A DNA stretch of 32,000 nt from Panacagrimonas sp. (lineage in GTDB: Bacteria; Pseudomonadota; Gammaproteobacteria; Nevskiales; Nevskiaceae): contig JBQTHL010000056.1 of the NCBI GenBank assembly GCA_052389915.1, positions 15,481-47,480 of the forward strand. Direction: 5' to 3'. The notes below the pieces were generated by a model that saw only the letters and a program-made list of their open reading frames with translations, did no database searches and was not told where the DNA came from. The translations under genes were made by a program, and so were the position numbers. Of the stretch, positions 29,154 to 32,000 are shown piece after piece (position 1 is the stretch's first letter; every line of letters begins with the position of its first letter).

Positions 29154-31788
29154 ACCGGACGCGCATGCGCGCGCCGTTCCAATTCGGCGGGTTCAATCCG
29201 ACGTGGAGTCGCGAGAGCGACGACGGCGCGGCTTGAACCACCGGCTTGCGCCCGGACTGTTCCTCCTTTTCGCCAGTGGTGCCCACGCCGATCAGTACCG
29301 CAGCGAGGTCCACGAGATTGCGCCGCCTCCGGTCCAGACCCAGGCGGTGGATCTCGCCGCGCTGCTCAAGTCCACCACCGATCCCTACGAGCGCGCGTTG
29401 CTGCTGCGCGAACTGGGCGGAGCCGCGGCAGGGCGCAAGGATTACAAGGAGGCCCAGCGCCTGCTGCAAGAGGCGCTCGCACTCAAGTCGCTCTCCGGTC
29501 CTGCGGCGGAGATGATGAAGAAGGATCTGGCGGCGCTGGCCCTGGCCACGGGCAATATCAAGGACCAGATTCCCCTGCTGGAATCCATCGTCAAGTCCGG
29601 CAATGCCAGCCCCGAAGTCCTGGTCGCGCTGGGCGCCGCCTACGTGCAGAACAAGCGCTTCAGGGACGCCATTCCGCTGCTCAAGCAGGGCATCGCGGCG
29701 TCGACCCGACCCGACGTGAGCTGGCGCATGACCCTGATCGCCGCCCTGATTGGCGCCGGCCAGTACGCCGAGGCGGCCAGGCCGCTCGAACAGGTGCTGC
29801 GCGAAGACCCGGCGCAGCGCGAGTCCTGGCTGCAACTTGCGGCCCTGTACCTCAAGACCGGCAACAAGGAGCGCGCGCAGGCGGCCATGGAAATTGCCAG
29901 CCGCCTGGGTTATCTCAACGATGCCGCAGACCGGCTGCGGCTGGTTACGCTCACCGGGCAGATCGGCGCGCCGTTCGAGGCGGCCTCCCTGTTGCAGGGC
30001 TGGATGGGCGCCGGGCAGGTGCCGAAGAACCTGGACAACCAGAAGCTGCTCGCCGCGCTATGGGTGCGCGCGCGCGAAAGCCGGCTGGCGCTGGCGGTTC
30101 TGAACGAACTGGCCGCAGCGCGCCCGAGCCGCGAGCTGTACGAACAGATGGCGCAGCTCCATCTGGAGCGCCAGGATTACGAGCGCGCGGCGCAGGCCAT
30201 GTCGCAGGCGATCCAGCTCGGCGGCAAGTCCGGCGTGGTGCTGATGAGCCTCGGGCTTGCGCGCTACCAGTTGGCCGACGTGGATGGTGCGATAGAGGCT
30301 TTCCGCGAGGCCACCGCGTTCGCCCCGCAGAAAAAGATCGCGCAGGACTGGCTCAAATACCTCCAGTCCGGACAGGCGCGCGAACAGGCGCTGGCCGCGG
30401 CCGTCACCGCCGTGCGCTCGGACTCCGACGAGATCGCGCTCAGCTCGCGGCTGCTCGGTGGCGGCGTGGTGTTGGCCTCCGGAGCGGAGAGCGGCCGCGC
30501 CATCGGCGGCCGCGCGCGCGCCACCGGCGAACTGACGCCCGTCGGCGCCGAGCGTGACGGCAACGCCGAAGGCACCATCCCGCCCTGGACCGGCGGGCTC
30601 ACGCCCTCCCAGTGGCCCGCCGGCTTCAAGAAGGGCGGGCGGCTGGTGGATCCCTATCCCAACGACCGACCGTTGTTCACCATCACGGCGGCCAATGCGG
30701 ACTCGTATCGAGGGATGCTGTCCAAGGGCCACCAGGCCCTGCTGGCGGCCCATCCGGGCTATCGCATGCCGGTGTACACCAGCCGGCGCGGGGTGGCGTA
30801 TCCACAGGCGGTCTACGATGCGAGCCAGGCCAACATCGGCCGCGCCAAGCTGCTGGGTTCCGACGCGCTCGAAGGAGCGAAGCTGGGGTTTCCCTTCCCC
30901 AAGCCGGAAACCGGCGTGGAGGCCATGTGGAACCACCGCGTGCGCTACCGCGGCAATACCGTGGCCCTGCAGAGCCGGCAGGTCGTGCTCAATGCCGGGG
31001 GCAAGGAGACCCAGAGCGCGCGCGTCAATGAAAGCGCGTATTTCCGCTACGGCAACACCGCCGACCCGGTGGACATCAACACGCAGAACATCCTGCTGTA
31101 TTACTTGCTGCGCTTTACTGGCGTGGGGCTGTCGCGCTTCGTCGCGCTGGCGCACGAGACCGCCAATTCGGAGAAGGACGCGCGCGCGATCTGGGTGGCG
31201 CCGCCGGGTTCGCCCAAGCTGTTCCGCATTCCGCCGGTGGGTTACGACCAGCCCTTCCCGGGCACCGAGGCGATGTACTTCGTCGACATGATCGACATGT
31301 ACAACGGCCCCTTCGACCGCTACGTGTGGAAGCTGGTGGGCAAGCGCGAGCTCTACCTGCCGTACAACGGCTACCGGCTGTCCGATGGCAGCCAGAAATA
31401 TGCGCAGCAGCTCACGCCGCATTTCTTCAACCCGGCTAATACGCGCTATGAATTGCACCGGGTGTGGGTGATCGAGGCCAGCGAGCGCGGCGGCAAGAGC
31501 CACAGCTTCGGCCTGCGCGTGTTCTACATCGACGAGGACAGTTGGAACGTGGTGCTGGTCGAGAATGAGGACCGCCAGGGCAGGCTGTGGCGCTTCCAGG
31601 AAGGGCACCTGCTGCCGCTGTACGACGCGCTCGCCGCCAACAGCTTCCCGGTCATCACCTACGACCTGAAGGACGGACGCTATTACGCCAACCGCCTGCT
31701 GTCCGAGGAGCCTCCGCCGCAGTACGACCTCCGCATGGACGTGGGTGACTTCCTGCCGGCGACCGTCGCCACAAAGTACCTGCGCTGA
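29125..31788 (+). CDS. Fusion protein: N-terminal TPR-repeat domain (TtpD-like) + C-terminal DUF1329 (LolA-like outer-membrane lipoprotein-sorting-like) domain
   Basis: One continuous 887-codon ORF. The start is uncertain. ATG 29125 overlaps tonB by 29 nt. In-frame GTG 29203 or TTG 29233 would place the signal-peptide-like NHRLAPGLFLLFASGAHA at the N-terminus. TPR-like helical repeats span about 29380-30400. The DUF1329 hallmarks are LTPVGAERDGNAEGTIPPWTGGL (from about 30529), PLFTITAANADSY and GFPFPKPETGVEAMWNHRVRYRG. Confidence 0.8.
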   Translation: MKTVRTTGARPDAHARAVPIRRVQSDVESRERRRRGLNHRLAPGLFLLFASGAHADQYRSEVHEIAPPPVQTQAVDLAALLKSTTDPYERALLLRELGGAAAGRKDYKEAQRLLQEALALKSLSGPAAEMMKKDLAALALATGNIKDQIPLLESIVKSGNASPEVLVALGAAYVQNKRFRDAIPLLKQGIAASTRPDVSWRMTLIAALIGAGQYAEAARPLEQVLREDPAQRESWLQLAALYLKTGNKERAQAAMEIASRLGYLNDAADRLRLVTLTGQIGAPFEAASLLQGWMGAGQVPKNLDNQKLLAALWVRARESRLALAVLNELAAARPSRELYEQMAQLHLERQDYERAAQAMSQAIQLGGKSGVVLMSLGLARYQLADVDGAIEAFREATAFAPQKKIAQDWLKYLQSGQAREQALAAAVTAVRSDSDEIALSSRLLGGGVVLASGAESGRAIGGRARATGELTPVGAERDGNAEGTIPPWTGGLTPSQWPAGFKKGGRLVDPYPNDRPLFTITAANADSYRGMLSKGHQALLAAHPGYRMPVYTSRRGVAYPQAVYDASQANIGRAKLLGSDALEGAKLGFPFPKPETGVEAMWNHRVRYRGNTVALQSRQVVLNAGGKETQSARVNESAYFRYGNTADPVDINTQNILLYYLLRFTGVGLSRFVALAHETANSEKDARAIWVAPPGSPKLFRIPPVGYDQPFPGTEAMYFVDMIDMYNGPFDRYVWKLVGKRELYLPYNGYRLSDGSQKYAQQLTPHFFNPANTRYELHRVWVIEASERGGKSHSFGLRVFYIDEDSWNVVLVENEDRQGRLWRFQEGHLLPLYDALAANSFPVITYDLKDGRYYANRLLSEEPPPQYDLRMDVGDFLPATVATKYLR

Positions 31789-31819
31789 CGGCTGGCTGCC
31801 GGTTTCGGCGAGATCAAGA

Positions 31820-32000
31820 TCAATCGAGCGGGGCTTCCCCGACAGACGCGCATTCGAGCTTCAGGCGGGATTCGATGTCATCCGCCAGCAGCCGCTCAAC
31901 GATGCCGCCGACCAGGGGAATGCCGCAGGTCAGTGTCCAGTCGGACACCATGATCGTCCCTTCCGGGGACGCTTCCAGGCGCGCTCTGGATACGGCCTTG
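31820..32000 (-). CDS. C-terminal end of an unidentified protein (possibly SRPBCC/DUF2505-like; very tentative), gene continues beyond the right edge
   Basis: My translation of the minus strand is open from 32000 to TGA at 31822-31820: ...KAVSRARLEASPEGTIMVSDWTLTCGIPLVGGIVERLLADDIESRLKLECASVGEAPLD*. It is convergent with the TPR-DUF1329 gene. Not in the ORF track because there is no start in the window. Confidence 0.4.
   Translation of the reverse strand, partial: KAVSRARLEASPEGTIMVSDWTLTCGIPLVGGIVERLLADDIESRLKLECASVGEAPLD

Noticed and set aside
1-32000. Search for tRNA/rRNA genes, CRISPR arrays, IS elements, integrases, toxin-antitoxin pairs or phage-defence genes.
   Set aside because: I saw nothing with the required structure: no cloverleaf-like regions, no regularly spaced repeats, no terminal inverted repeats flanking a transposase-like ORF. 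Every gap longer than 60 nt is accounted for as a promoter, leader or terminator region.

Overview
High-GC proteobacterial catabolic locus. It looks gammaproteobacterial, but the taxon cannot be determined from this window. The window is almost fully coding. I saw no rRNA, tRNA, CRISPR or mobile elements. LEFT (1-15548): a TetR regulator, etfBA and four acyl-CoA dehydrogenase genes, one of which is a degenerate non-catalytic partner. This part also holds two heteromeric MaoC/hotdog hydratase pairs, two SDRs, an SCPx-type thiolase and a class-3-like aldehyde dehydrogenase. MAPEG, alpha/beta-hydrolase and methyltransferase genes sit among them. Together these form a D-specific (MFE-2/SCPx-like) beta-oxidation toolkit. 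CENTRE (15897-22388): a complete copper membrane monooxygenase (CuMMO) operon in C-A-B order. Its PmoC/AmoC, PmoA/AmoA and PmoB/AmoB homologues keep the canonical CuB, CuC and CuD ligands; the non-universal bis-His site reads His/Met. The operon is tightly coupled to a PmoD-like anchored periplasmic protein, CopC, a CopD::cytochrome c::thioredoxin-like fusion and a His-rich periplasmic protein. RIGHT (22612-31788): a DUF1302 outer-membrane barrel, then a TonB2-type energiser set (DUF3450/TtpB-like, long TtpC-like ExbB, ExbB, ExbD, TonB). The set ends in a TPR (TtpD-like)::DUF1329 fusion. The most interesting hypothesis is an uncharacterised hydrocarbon-oxidising CuMMO with its own copper-supply/redox module. 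It would be physically coupled to a TonB-energised DUF1302/DUF1329 envelope system and to aldehyde oxidation plus beta-oxidation. The CuMMO and TonB2 promoter regions share an exact 12-mer (GCAATGTGCGTA). All family assignments come from reading motifs by eye and from memory of the families; no database search was run.
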